From NCBI GenBank assembly GCA_977018835.1, contig OZ361256.1:4030001-4094000 (forward strand): a stretch of 64,000 nt of DNA, given 5' to 3'. Within the stretch, counting starts at the first letter, position 1. Each line of letters opens with the position of its first letter. Origin of the DNA: Minutocellus sp. GHC0000111. Lineage: Eukaryota. The notes under the pieces were generated by a model, which saw only the letters and a program-made list of their open reading frames with translations, was not told the origin of the DNA and did no database searches. Of this stretch, positions 1 through 11,119 are shown piece by piece. Both the position numbers and the translations under genes were made by a program.

Positions 1-1905
1 TACGGCAGCCGCAACGTCGACGACGTTTGGATGGAGGCCTACCAGCGGCACAATGCCGAGGTCGTGCAATACTTTGAGGAGCATTCCACTATCCGAAATC
101 AGCTCCTCATCATGGACCTGACCCAGGAGGACGATCCATGGCCCGAGCTGTGCAACTTTTTGGAACGGGATGATGGTCCGTGTGCCCAGCTTTCCCACTT
201 TGACGGAGATAGTGGTGCGCGTGAGATTGCCTTCCCCCGGGCCAACTCGGCGCAAGATCACGAGGGGTTGGATACAACCTGTCCTGGTGAGGTGTTTGCC
301 GAGGAGCTGGGCTACCCAGCAATTAACAGCGACCTGTCGGATGAGGAGAAGATGGCACTGGCGGTGGAGGAGGAGCCCAACTTTGCGTACGTTACGTTGC
401 TGTGCGATCCGGCCTTGCCCGATCAGACGGAATACATTCGCATGCTCCTTGTTCTTTTGGCAAATATCCGTTCGTACGATACCGAGAGTGACGTCGTGGT
501 CATGGTCCATGGGTCTATACTGCAAGAACAGTGGGACCTGCTGGTCACAGCCGGACTCAAGCTGGTTCGTATCCCCATCGTTGGATCATTCACGACCCCC
601 ATGTTTCCCCACCAGCCCGACGAACGGACGGCGACGTGCTACCGCTCCAAGTTCCGTGCCCTGCAGCTCATTGCCTACGACAAAATTTTGTTATTGGATT
701 CTGACATTTTGCTGCGGCAAGACGTTACGTCCATGTTCCATCTGCCCGACTTTGTCATTGCCGATGGCAGCGAGGCTCCGATGAATGCTGGTTTCTTCCT
801 TGCCGAGCCCAGTCAGCAAGCGTTTGCTGACATTTATGATATCTGGCGAACGGATTCCTACACCCCAGAACGAGGGTGGATGGACTACGGTCCCTTCCCA
901 CACTGGAGACAGGGGGGCAATGTGACCGATTGGACGTTTTGGTGTGCCACCACCGACCAAGGATTGCTATTTTACTATTATGATCGATTGATGAATCAGG
1001 CCCATATCCAGAAGGGAACCTCCATGAGCGGAATTTTCACACATTTTGTTGGACAGAACAAACCATTCTTGTACAGCCCCGAAACAATCGAGGATGTCCC
1101 CAAGAGATACAAGGGAGCCGTGGTGGCTTGGTATGAATTGTGGGATCAAGTCAAGGCCAAGATGGAGAGCACCCCCCAGGGCTCTCAAGCGCTTTCGGCT
1201 GGTTTGGGTTCGACCGAATCCGTCGAAAGATCTCGAAAGCGAATAAAACGTGCCCTGCGAATGGATAACATTTTTGACAAATCCGAACAACGGGCCCTAC
1301 CACCGGGTGGAAAGGGATATTACGATCACTATCACGACCCTTACGATGACCCATACGACGACCCTTATGGAGGAAAAGGAGGAGGTGGAGTATACGATGA
1401 TGACTACTTTTATTGGGATCCATGCTATTTCGACCCATACTACTTTGAGGCCGAGGGTCTGTCAAGGCGCCAGCAAGCCAATAGAGAGAGGCAAAGAGAA
1501 TACCAGCTCGAATACTTTGAGACATATGGCTGGCCCAAGCACTGCGTCAAAGGGTACTATTTGCAAGGTGGCGTCGAAACATCTACTGGTTTGACCGCAA
1601 AGCAAAAGGCCAACCGAGAGAGGCAAGAACAGCGGAGGCAGTATTGTTTGCAGTACTATCAGTATTACGGCATGTATCCAGCCGGATACAATTGCGATGG
1701 CAGCGGAAAAAATACTGGGTATACAACTGAGCAGGAAGCCTACTATGCAGCCCAGCAGCAGGCATACTATGACGCACAACAACAGGCATACTATGATGTC
1801 TATTATGCTCAGTACGGCAATCAGTACGGTTACAGCGCATATCAATATCCGACAACATCAAGGACAGGAACAAGGAAGAAGAAACGGCGGCACCGAAGGA
1901 AATAA
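1..1905 (+). CDS. 5'-partial fusion protein: C-terminal end of a P-loop sulfotransferase-like domain + glycosyltransferase family 8 (glycogenin-like) domain + Tyr/Gly/Asp/Gln-rich tail
   Basis: The frame is open from base 1. 'YQRHNAEVVQYF..LLIMDL....WPELCNFL...FPRAN' resembles the Sulfotransfer_4 C-terminus. GT8 hallmarks: 'FAYVTLL', 'KFRALQLIAYDKILLLDSD' (DxD), 'NAGFFLAEPS', 'DQGLL', 'HFVGQNKP'. Confidence 0.8.
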   Translation, partial: YGSRNVDDVWMEAYQRHNAEVVQYFEEHSTIRNQLLIMDLTQEDDPWPELCNFLERDDGPCAQLSHFDGDSGAREIAFPRANSAQDHEGLDTTCPGEVFAEELGYPAINSDLSDEEKMALAVEEEPNFAYVTLLCDPALPDQTEYIRMLLVLLANIRSYDTESDVVVMVHGSILQEQWDLLVTAGLKLVRIPIVGSFTTPMFPHQPDERTATCYRSKFRALQLIAYDKILLLDSDILLRQDVTSMFHLPDFVIADGSEAPMNAGFFLAEPSQQAFADIYDIWRTDSYTPERGWMDYGPFPHWRQGGNVTDWTFWCATTDQGLLFYYYDRLMNQAHIQKGTSMSGIFTHFVGQNKPFLYSPETIEDVPKRYKGAVVAWYELWDQVKAKMESTPQGSQALSAGLGSTESVERSRKRIKRALRMDNIFDKSEQRALPPGGKGYYDHYHDPYDDPYDDPYGGKGGGGVYDDDYFYWDPCYFDPYYFEAEGLSRRQQANRERQREYQLEYFETYGWPKHCVKGYYLQGGVETSTGLTAKQKANRERQEQRRQYCLQYYQYYGMYPAGYNCDGSGKNTGYTTEQEAYYAAQQQAYYDAQQQAYYDVYYAQYGNQYGYSAYQYPTTSRTGTRKKKRRHRRK

Positions 1906-2018
1906 GGCACATATTACTTTCCCTAGGGCTGCAGCGGGTTCAGTATAGTTATTAATTGATAAAGTAAATGGGGCATCGTTTTTATTGAAAAAGCTGGAAA
2001 CACCATTAGCAGACCCAT

Positions 2019-3488
2019 CTAATCTGAAGTTTTCTGCTGTCTCTCCGCGAAGTCTTTTCGCAACCGATAAAAGAAGGCCTTCCACTGCTTTTCAACCAAG
2101 TCAAATCTGATACCACAGTATCTGTTATCGGCCACGGCCTGTCGGAATCCCTGACGGACCGAGTCAATAGCTCCGTCACCGAGCGCAAACGCAGGAAGTA
2201 GGTCTTTCTCATCCTTCAGAGTTTTGATTTCGATATCGCTGAGATCACCATATCCCAAACACTCTCTTGGAATCTTTACGTTCGTTCGATTCATCAGCCT
2301 TTCAATCTCAGCCACCACATCATCGAGTGGAATGGACCTCGATACAATCTTTTCTCTTTGCACGTAAAAGCCAATGAGTTGTGCCTCAAACAAGCTCTGA
2401 GGCGGTGCAATGTTCTTTTCTTCTGAAATGGGAAGCACCCCCCCTTTTGCTGCTTCACACACAGTTGGAAGAACTCCCAGGGAACAAATGAAGCGTTGAA
2501 TAACATTGACATCTTCATCCTTGTGCATGTTAAAGAGCTTCACATTTTGAAACACCGATAGCCAAGGCTGCAGCGAATCTTTATCCAGAGGATAATAGGC
2601 TGACGACTGTTCTGTTTCGTTCGAAGCGTTTTGTCGCGTTTGGTTGAAATACCAGTCATCAAATCTCACCAATCGTTCCAGCTTCTTTGCCATCTTCATC
2701 TCCTTTCGAGGTTTGACCTCTTGGCTGTACTCGCTTAGCAGCCACTGGTAGTACCGGCGATATGCGGCGATGACTCGAACGTCAAATCCTGCAAAGGCAT
2801 CGGCAAACGTTTGCAGTGCCGGGGGATTCTCGCTCAGAAATCGCAAGAGACGCTCGTCTGACAGGATGACGTTAGTCTGTTGCCTCTTCAGATGGTCCAA
2901 GGTGGCCGTAAAGTTAGTCCACCGCCCATCTTGTCGACACTCATCACTCAGAGTGCGTTGATCTTGAACACAATTCACCATGAACGTGTGCATCTGGCTG
3001 CCCCAATAGTGCTGTATCGTTTTGCCCAAATACAGAAAATTATCCTGCTCCAGGTATGCTTGTGTGGCATTGTGCTTGAGGACGTACTGGATCGCCGTGC
3101 TGGCCGTCTTGCGTGGTCCAATGTGAATGATGGCAATGGGTCGTCGACGGAATGGGCTGCTGATCCATTGAATGCCGGGTGTTGTCGATTGCCGATGGGC
3201 AAAGTAGACAAGCAGAGCTGAAAGTAGACAAAAAGCCGAAGCCACAACGGCATGTGTGCTCAGCTTTCTCTTTCTTGTCGTCTGGCATATCAAGAGTAAA
3301 CCGCTCTCTTCTTCTCGCCCAAGTTCAGAAGCACCAGCCTTGATTACAAAAGCTTCGGCTTCCATGGCACCGACCTCGTCAGAGCACTCGTCGGCCCTGG
3401 ATTTTTCATCACCCAGTGTTGGATCCTCAGTGTCGAGCGGTTGGTGCACCGCCGACGGCGTTGCGCGGCCCTTGGATTCGGTGCACAT
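2019..3488 (-). CDS. Type II membrane protein with sulfotransferase-like P-loop
   Basis: 489-aa ORF with one TM segment (VVASAFCLLSALLVYF) followed by 'IHIGPRKTASTAIQ' (PAPS-binding-like loop), 'VILSDE' and 'IAAYRRYYQWLLSEY'. Confidence 0.65.
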   Translation of the reverse strand: MCTESKGRATPSAVHQPLDTEDPTLGDEKSRADECSDEVGAMEAEAFVIKAGASELGREEESGLLLICQTTRKRKLSTHAVVASAFCLLSALLVYFAHRQSTTPGIQWISSPFRRRPIAIIHIGPRKTASTAIQYVLKHNATQAYLEQDNFLYLGKTIQHYWGSQMHTFMVNCVQDQRTLSDECRQDGRWTNFTATLDHLKRQQTNVILSDERLLRFLSENPPALQTFADAFAGFDVRVIAAYRRYYQWLLSEYSQEVKPRKEMKMAKKLERLVRFDDWYFNQTRQNASNETEQSSAYYPLDKDSLQPWLSVFQNVKLFNMHKDEDVNVIQRFICSLGVLPTVCEAAKGGVLPISEEKNIAPPQSLFEAQLIGFYVQREKIVSRSIPLDDVVAEIERLMNRTNVKIPRECLGYGDLSDIEIKTLKDEKDLLPAFALGDGAIDSVRQGFRQAVADNRYCGIRFDLVEKQWKAFFYRLRKDFAERQQKTSD

Positions 3489-3904
3489 TATAATGATGGC
3501 AATAGGCTTCTTTGGTTAGGAGTATCTCTACTACGTGATCTCTTCGGCAGTTGCTCTGCTGCTGCTTGAGCGATTTGGAGTGGATGATTGTCGTCATGGT
3601 GCGCCTCTCATACTGTCCAGTACGAGGCTCGTATGAAGTCTGAAGTCTGCTGAAGCCGGCTGTTTTGTCCACATACTTTTGGTCGTGGTCGCACTTCCCG
3701 CAACCCGCCGAGAAGCAGCAGCCACGGAGAGCAAGGTCCCGCAAGGGGAACGTCAACGTCACCACCACATGCTGGTTGATAGGTCAGCAACCAATAGGAA
3801 TTCCTACCCCACAATAGGATAGGTGGAAATTATCCTGCCCAGGGCTTGTCGCTTCCAAGTGAAAGTCATCTTTAATTTGTTCCATTCTTAATATCGAATC
3901 CAAC

Positions 3905-4258
3905 ATGTTCCGCCGACCAAGTGCTCTCGCTTTGTTCATCCTCGCCTTTCTTTCCCTCACTGGTCCGTCGGCAGTCCATGCGTTCGCTCCGAAATCTACA
4001 GTTGGCAAACATGTCGCGCCATCGGTGGCCTCGAACAACCCTTTCAATGATGTAAATGCGCAAGAAACCACGAGCGTGCTCACGGCGAAGAAACCCAACA
4101 AGAAGAGTGGCGGTGGTGCGGAGGAGGAGAAGAAGCAGGTGGTAGATCCGCTCGAGCTGTTCATACTGTTCATGACGCCGTGGAGGAATCCCAACAGCAT
4201 CTTTCTGTACATGCTGATTATTATCAATATTCTGGGACGGATGCAGGAGTCGCAGTAA
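3905..4258 (+). CDS. Small putative plastid-targeted membrane protein
   Basis: Signal peptide ending 'VHA-FAP' (ASAFAP-type motif). Hydrophobic C-terminus 'DPLELFILFMTPWRNPNSIFLYMLIII'. Confidence 0.65.
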   Translation: MFRRPSALALFILAFLSLTGPSAVHAFAPKSTVGKHVAPSVASNNPFNDVNAQETTSVLTAKKPNKKSGGGAEEEKKQVVDPLELFILFMTPWRNPNSIFLYMLIIINILGRMQESQ

Positions 4259-4391
4259 TGTGCTGCAAGGCGAGAGGTTGGGTACCATAACATGCGGGAC
4301 AGGCACATTCTACACGTACATTTGTAGCTCTAGCTACGATCAAGTAGTTATACTTATTCAGATGCTATTCGTGTTGGTTGCAGGCCTTTTA

Positions 4392-5579
4392 TTACAAGTT
4401 ACCTTCTCGGATTATCCTTTGAAGCGCCGGCTCTTTTGTTTCATCAACCACAAAGAGGTCATTCGGATCGATTGGATAACCTCGAGCAATTAGACTGTCT
4501 ACGGTCGACTTGCAAATAACATCCCACCGACGCCCATCAACCCCAAAGCTCATCTTCTCGTAGAAAAGCTCTTTCGGAATATCACTGGGTCTGATCTGTA
4601 GATACCCGGCTAGACAGTCTATTTCTCTGAGCGCCTCACTACTCAGGTACTGTGGATCTCCTTCCCCGTCGTCCTGATGCATCACATCTAAACCCATGAC
4701 GATGAGCTTTTTTAGAAGTTCTCGATCATCTTTGAGACTCCGATCGAGACTGTGCCATTCCACACTTTCCGCGATTAACTCAGCAATTTGGATGGCCTTG
4801 ACCATGAGCACAGCGTTTGCTCCACCCTTTCGTCCTAGTAAAATGTCATCCCTGGTTTTATCATCAAGGCATAATTCACCGCTTCGAAAGAAAACATGAT
4901 CTCGAAGCGGAAGATGTTTGCATACATCTCGGCACCACTGGCACTCGTTTTGCGAATCTCCCTCCTCCCTTTCTAGTTCGCACTGTTCGGTAATTAAATA
5001 AAGATGACCAAATTCGACCACGCTGAGCAGTGATAGCTTTTGCGATAGAGTCCTTGTTCTGAATGCACCGACAAAAGCCGATATGAGGGACCGGAAGAGC
5101 ACGATGTGCTTCGTTCCAACACAGATGTGAGGCGAATATAATTCCTTTTTACCGCCACTGACTCCCCCGGCAAATATAGAGGGAAGTGTTGGAAATGCCT
5201 GAAGGAAGGGGACTGTCGATTTGGTGGCGATGGGGGAGATGGTCCATCCCTTGTACTTCTCTTTTAGATCATGGTTTAGCAGACATAGGATGTTCACATG
5301 CTCAACGTTCGAGAAGCGCCGAGCCGACGGAACATCGAGCTCACAATCACGCATAATGTTGAGTGTATGCACATATTTCACCGCCTCATTGGCGATGCTC
5401 TTACAGATCAGCAAGGCCGACCGAACCTCCTGGTAGGGCATGTAATCGAGCACATGACCCCAGACCGGTGACGGGAGGTGGAGCTGCCCTGGTCCCGATG
5501 ATTCGGTTTTGCTCGCCTTGCGATCATTCTCCTGACCAGAGATTTCGGCCTTGCGCTTCCTGGTAATCGATGCAGACAT
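4392..5579 (-). CDS. Hypothetical protein with N-terminal F-box-like motif
   Basis: About 395 aa from MSASITRK. 'LPSPVWGHVLDYMPYQEVRSALLICKS' fits an F-box pattern. Confidence 0.55.
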   Translation of the reverse strand: MSASITRKRKAEISGQENDRKASKTESSGPGQLHLPSPVWGHVLDYMPYQEVRSALLICKSIANEAVKYVHTLNIMRDCELDVPSARRFSNVEHVNILCLLNHDLKEKYKGWTISPIATKSTVPFLQAFPTLPSIFAGGVSGGKKELYSPHICVGTKHIVLFRSLISAFVGAFRTRTLSQKLSLLSVVEFGHLYLITEQCELEREEGDSQNECQWCRDVCKHLPLRDHVFFRSGELCLDDKTRDDILLGRKGGANAVLMVKAIQIAELIAESVEWHSLDRSLKDDRELLKKLIVMGLDVMHQDDGEGDPQYLSSEALREIDCLAGYLQIRPSDIPKELFYEKMSFGVDGRRWDVICKSTVDSLIARGYPIDPNDLFVVDETKEPALQRIIREGNL

Positions 5580-6499
5580 GGTTAGGCGAATTATTATGAT
5601 CACAAAAAGGCGCTGGTTTGATACCAATTGACGCTACAATTGTACAAGTAAGTCGAATATGTTCTTGCCTCCCCGGCCCGTGTAGGAAATGAATCCCCTA
5701 TCATACATTTCGTACATGTATCCCACAGCCCCATCTCGTCTTGTTTCGCCAGTCGGATGAAGCGTTTTTCGGCAGAAGACGAACACGTCACGAAGAAACC
5801 CACCAAAACCCAATCTCGTTCGTCACCCATTCTTTGACCGTCCAACACCATGGTGGTCCGTCGGCGTTGCGCCGGCGCACAACTATATTTTCGTACCAAA
5901 TACGCATTCATTATCATGTTTGGATATAGTTGAAGCTTACTGTGTCCTCAGATTGGCCTCCGCTGCGTATCAACGCCACGAACCATCGGCCTACTTTTCC
6001 TCCATCTGTCGGCCGTTCGTTTCTCTGGGGTGGCACCATTGCTCCGTCTTTGTGCTCGTCGTGCTCCCGTTGTGATGCCCCAGACCCTCTGGTACTTTCC
6101 CACGTTGTTGATGATGATAAACTGCCGGGATTGCGCCGCACCCCCCGTATGACCGACTCTCGCTGATCCCGACCGATCGCATCCCCACTCGACCTCCCGG
6201 AACTCCGACAACAATTTTGCGCCCGAGGAGAGACAGATGGTGTTGGGATAAGTTTATGCAACAATCAACCCGACAAAGGGACTTTTTGGTCTGGGAGATA
6301 AATGGGTGAGTTAAGAAGGACGTGATGTGTTTGTTTGGGTGTGCTATTTACTTTTTTGCTCAATCGCGACACTTGTTTGTAAAAGTTGGATCATGCAATT
6401 CATTTGTTTTTGTGTAGCAGCAGTGTAATTTCATTTTCTAATTTTATGCATGCCCTGCTCCCATCTCTACATCCTCATCTCCATCGGTGGCCATCATGA

Positions 6500-8096
6500 T
6501 CATTTGTTGGCGCTTGTCATCAGTTTCTGCTTTAACAGCTTCGGTCCTTGTCCTTTTCCTTGTTCTTGCCACCCGAGAGTTTCGCTCCCCCGCCTCTCCT
6601 CGACCTTTGGATTGGATGCCCTCTCCTCAGCCTTGAACTGCGCCGTCTGTTGGGCCTCATGTCCCTTGACGCCCTGAGTCCAACGATCTTCCTTAACGCC
6701 CTCTTGGTGGGCTCGCTCTACAAACGATTCGTCGAGCCAATAGATGCCGCCCCATCCATTCTTCACTAGCCAAATGTGTTGGTCCAAGATGTGATCTTCG
6801 AGTAAGTGCCACTTGGGCGTCATGCTAATGCCGATTGCCCGTGCTTGCTTGAGGGCACTTGCAATCAATGCTTCAAGCTCTCTCACAGCCTTCTTTGCCT
6901 CATCATCCCATTTCATGTAGCACCATTTCAGAAACCTGGAACACATTGCGTCAAGAGTGTGGAGCAAATTAGAGCAAGCTTTGCAGAGCTCTTTGATGTC
7001 GTCATCCGTCATGCCATCTTCCTCGCGATTGTGCTCTAGGAGAGCTCCTTTGGTGGAGGTGTTGTGGTGGATGAACTCTGTTGTCCTTGGTTTCTTCTTG
7101 TTGTTGCCATCAGAAATATTAATAGATAAAAAGCTCTCCAGCATTCTGCCAGCACTGCCCTTGTTTTACCTGAGTCGGCCGCCTCAATGTCGGCCTTTTC
7201 AGGAAATGGAAGTGAGGGGCATCGTCATCCTCGGCATCATCGACAGCTCCCATCTCTGGCTCGCCATCACCGTGCTTCTGACGATTCTTCTCAAAAAGCA
7301 CTGCTGCATGTGTGCTTCATGTGTGTAGCGTCCTCTCTTGCAACATCAGCTTCGTCCTCATAACAGGGCACAAAGTCCTCGTCTTCGTCGTCATCGTCCT
7401 CACTGATCTCGCCGGCCTCCGTCGTGGTCAGGGTGCCCACCGTCCCAACATCGTCGTCGTCATTGTCCCACCCCCCCATCGTCCTGGCCATTGTGCCCCC
7501 ACCAGGGAACTTCTGGGCCTCGAGCAACATCTGCCTGTTGATTTCGTAGTCCATCGCCGCATGTCCCACCGACACATGTGGTGCGACCGACTTGAGGAAT
7601 GCATTACATGCCTTCGTCAAATTGAGCCGCGGCGGCGGTGTTTCGAGGCGAAATTGTTGCTCGACCGTGACCATGTCGAAAGCCATCCATCCATCATCAT
7701 GGAGAGCGTCGGCTGCACGAGGATTGATAGAACCGAGGCGAACAAATATGCTCTTTTTGCATGGGGTTCGCTGAACGTCGTCGGCAAGGCAGTGTCTTGA
7801 TACCATTTCATCCCATCCATTCTGGTTGTCTGTCCTCAAAAAAACATCGTCGCAGTCTTCGTCGTGTGTTTCTTCTTCTTCAAACCCAAGATGCCCGCAG
7901 TGCACATGACGGCGCCGTACATGATGGGACTGCATCCCAACACATTCATCAAGGAGTCGTTGTTGTTGCCGATGAAATTGTAGTAATGAAGTTCCTTTCT
8001 GCGAAGACGGACGAGCAGTTCAGCCAGGGCGTCCTGCACCGCAACTCTGTCTGCGGTGTTGACCGCGGGATTGCGGCCGTTGTTTTTTTTGCTCAT
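6500..8096 (-). pseudogene. Fragmented, internally deleted RAG1/Transib-like DDE transposase
   Basis: Pieces 7836-8096, 7291-7935, 7119-7301 and 6500-7144. The C-terminal piece has 'MTPKWHLLEDH....GGIYWLDESFVERAHQ', matching the RAG1/Transib HxxxxH...G...E..E pattern around the catalytic Glu. Confidence 0.6.
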
Positions 8097-8236
8097 GGAG
8101 AATTATGGATCGAGACCAACGGGAATATCACCAGGATGTCGGGAGTACCTGGTTGGTCTCGTGCCGTAATTCTCCCACACCAGCGCGAGATATCGCCTTC
8201 GTTCTGCACGTAGCGGCGGCAATTTGAATTTTTGCC

Positions 8237-8342
8237 GCCATGGTGGCTCGCGTTGGGCGCGCCGGTCGGTTGCTTCGCGCGGCCGGCCACCGAAAGTGCG
8301 ACCAAAAGTATGCGAGTCATCCGGCTGGCAGATGGTGCTGTG
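8237..8342 (-). repeat. Copy 1 of a ~106-bp GC-rich repeat, inverted relative to 22647-22755
   Basis: The reverse complement matches 22647-22755 except one substitution and a 3-nt indel. It lies just upstream of the transposase relic. Confidence 0.9.
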
Positions 8343-8590
8343 ATCCCTTATGGCTGTTTTGCGTCTGGCCGGCACCCGTTTCAGCATGGCACCCACAAGT
8401 TTCCGCACGCGGCCACGCGGCGAGAAGAAGATGTTACCTAGGTACGGATGGTAGCCAGTCCAAATCAGTCGAAGTATTGGGGCGAAAAGTACCAAAGAAG
8501 TGGCCATTGGCAACAGGAGTCAGCGCCACAGGCAATTGCCACGTAGACACCAGCATAATCGCCAACAAGTGACGTTGTTCGTCGTTGTCA

Positions 8591-11060
8591 ATGGGCAACG
8601 GTGGTTCCACTCCGACGCCGCGGCCAGCCCCCTCGGACATCCCGCTCAAAGTTGTTCACTTGGGAGACTCGTACTCTGCTGGCAATGGCGGCGGGGACTA
8701 TTATGGGCCTGGGGGGTGCTATCGATCGCCGGCGGTGAGTGTCCTGTATACATTGCGGGCTGTCACCTTCTATACGTGAAGGCATTTGGCATCTAACTCT
8801 TTGTGCTTCCATCTACGACGACATGTCCATCACACTTTGCACAGAACTGGGGAAATTATGCAGTAGGTGCCCTGACAGAGGACTATGCAGTGACTTACGT
8901 CAATCGAGCCTGCAGCAACGGAGTAACGCAGGACCTTTACGAATGGCGACACAAAGATTTGGATTCCAAGGTTAGCTATGCTTTCTTTTTCGGGGATTGG
9001 GACTGCTCCAAGCATAATTTCGACGATGCCTACTACACGCTCAGCTTCTGGGTCAATACCGTCGTCGGGTTCGGGTACGCCTATACTTGCAACGCCCTGG
9101 TTCGACCGCAGCTCGAAAATGTCGGCACAGACGTAGACATCGTCCTCCTCACGTTTGGCGGTAATGATGCTGGCTTCCCCGATCTGATAATGGAGTGCTT
9201 CGTTCCTGAGCGTGACGCCTGCGCATGCTCCGAGAAAGTAGCCGAGGCATATCGGTGGATGGACGAGACTGCAGAAGGCGTATACATGAAGTTATTTCGC
9301 GATCTTAGAGCAAGGATGAGGCCGGGAGCGAGGGTAGTCATGTCATCTTATCCGTATTTGACTTTGGCAGACAATGACGAGAAGCTCGGTGTTAGTGCCT
9401 CTTACAGAGCCGAGTTTCAAGACGAATGCGATGACGGTAGTACTCAGAGATTAAATGCTGCGCGTGAAATGCGAAACTTGGTCGAGACGTTCGCTGCAAA
9501 GGTTAGAGAATATGCCAGGAGGTCTAATGAAATCTTTGGGGAAGAATTTATCCGCTTTGTGGACGTGAAAAAAAATTTGACAACCACGGGCTCTTTGCGT
9601 ACGGCGGATGGGCTCACATTCCAGGACCCGCGTCTTTCGAACCTGAAAATACGATAGCTCGTTACGAAAACAGTGATGATTGCTACTTGTACGATATCTT
9701 GTCGACTGCAACGATCATGGAATGGTGGCATCCCAAAAGAATTGGACAAGTTAAATGGGCCCAGGAGATCGTTCCATCTCTGATCGACGCAGCGTATGAG
9801 GCAGTACCACGTCCAGGGATGCAGGGTCGAGGCAATTCGAGGCAAAGTCAAGTTGAGAAGGAAGATCTCTATGCACTAGATGTGGCTGTAATTCTACCTG
9901 CCCAAAAATCAGGCGTTGTGAACGACATTCTAGAAGGTTCCTCGGTGGGTCTTGAGGCTCTGGCCAACGTTACCTCGAATTATAGATTCGGCTTTTTGAC
10001 AAGTGGAGGGGACATAGCTCAAAATCTCACATCTAATTCTGCCGCCTTGGGGTCATCGCTTGAAACCCTTGGTCGACAAGAGTTGGAATCAACGGCATTA
10101 TTCGTAGGAGATGAGCTGAAAAATGTCACAAGAGCATTGAACTCTTTGAATTGGTATGAAAGCGGCGTTACCAGTGTTGCCATATTGATTATTGATGATG
10201 ATACTGACGTTAATGCAATCGGTGTCGAAGAAACGACGACCTTTGTCAATGAAGCAAGAGACCGAAGTCTGCTAGTGTATGTGATCGATCTAGGCTCGGG
10301 CGATAGAAGTGCTTTTGGAGAAGGGGTCGCTAGTGCTTCATCGGCGCTTTATATCAATTCTGACAATATAATCAGTGCGATAGAGCAAGTTGTCGGAGAT
10401 GCGCTCACCCGCCCGATGGCTTTCTTGTCAGAAGGTTACACAGAATTAACCAACGAACGGATTATGTTTGATACTGAGGGAACATACGATCCTCTTGGTG
10501 CTTCAATCGAGGAATACGAGTGGGAATTCCCAGGGGGTTATAGAATCACTTCGCAAGAATCCAAAGTAGATTGGAGCTTTAGCAATAACTACGAAGGGAC
10601 AGTGTACCTCAAAGTTACAAACGAAAACGGAAAAGTCGGAATTGCAGCGACCAAGATTGGCTCGGATGAGAGTGATATTGACCAACAGGAAACGGGGGAC
10701 TGCCCCATCGACGAAAACGGCGAGTCAGTGATCTTTTTGAATGGGACCTTCCAAAACTGCCACGCAAAAGATCCACTATCAACTAGTCAATGCGCAGGCG
10801 TACTGATCAAAGCCTGCAAGTGTAAGAAAAAGAATGGGAGCTGCCACGCGGAGAAGATAAGTAGTTCGTGCAATGTTGATTTGGCAGATCGTCGCAAGTA
10901 TAGGAAGTACAAGAAAGCTGTCGATTTGAAATGGAAGAAAAGATGTGAAAAGAGAGTTGTAAAAGCAAAGAAAATGCAGAAAGAGACTGGAGTGACGGAT
11001 GTGGAATCCCTCTTACGAAAAGGCAATGTTTTTGCTCACAATGTTGAAGACGGAACGTAG
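8591..11060 (+). CDS. SGNH/GDSL hydrolase followed by degenerate vWA-like and PKD-like domains (intron 8735-8844; frameshift at A8 run 9568-9575)
   Basis: Motifs: 'LGDSYSAGNG', 'CYRS', 'NRACSNG', 'LTFGGNDAGF', 'FVDV..FDNHG' across the frameshift and 'WWHP'. PKD-like 'FDTEGTYDPLGASIEEYEWEF'. Intron gtgagt...acag joins RSPA/NWGNY in frame. Confidence 0.75.
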
Positions 11061-11119
11061 CAAATTTGATCTCTGCTAGTCTAGATCTATCTAGCTACAT
11101 TTGAACCGGTACCTGTGTA

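Noticed and set aside
6181..6250. atccc|CAC at 6181-6188 matching GTG|atccc at 8340-8347 as a 5-bp TSD with Transib ends
   Set aside because: The sequence after CAC shows little inverted similarity to the 8342 end, so it could be chance. Not called.
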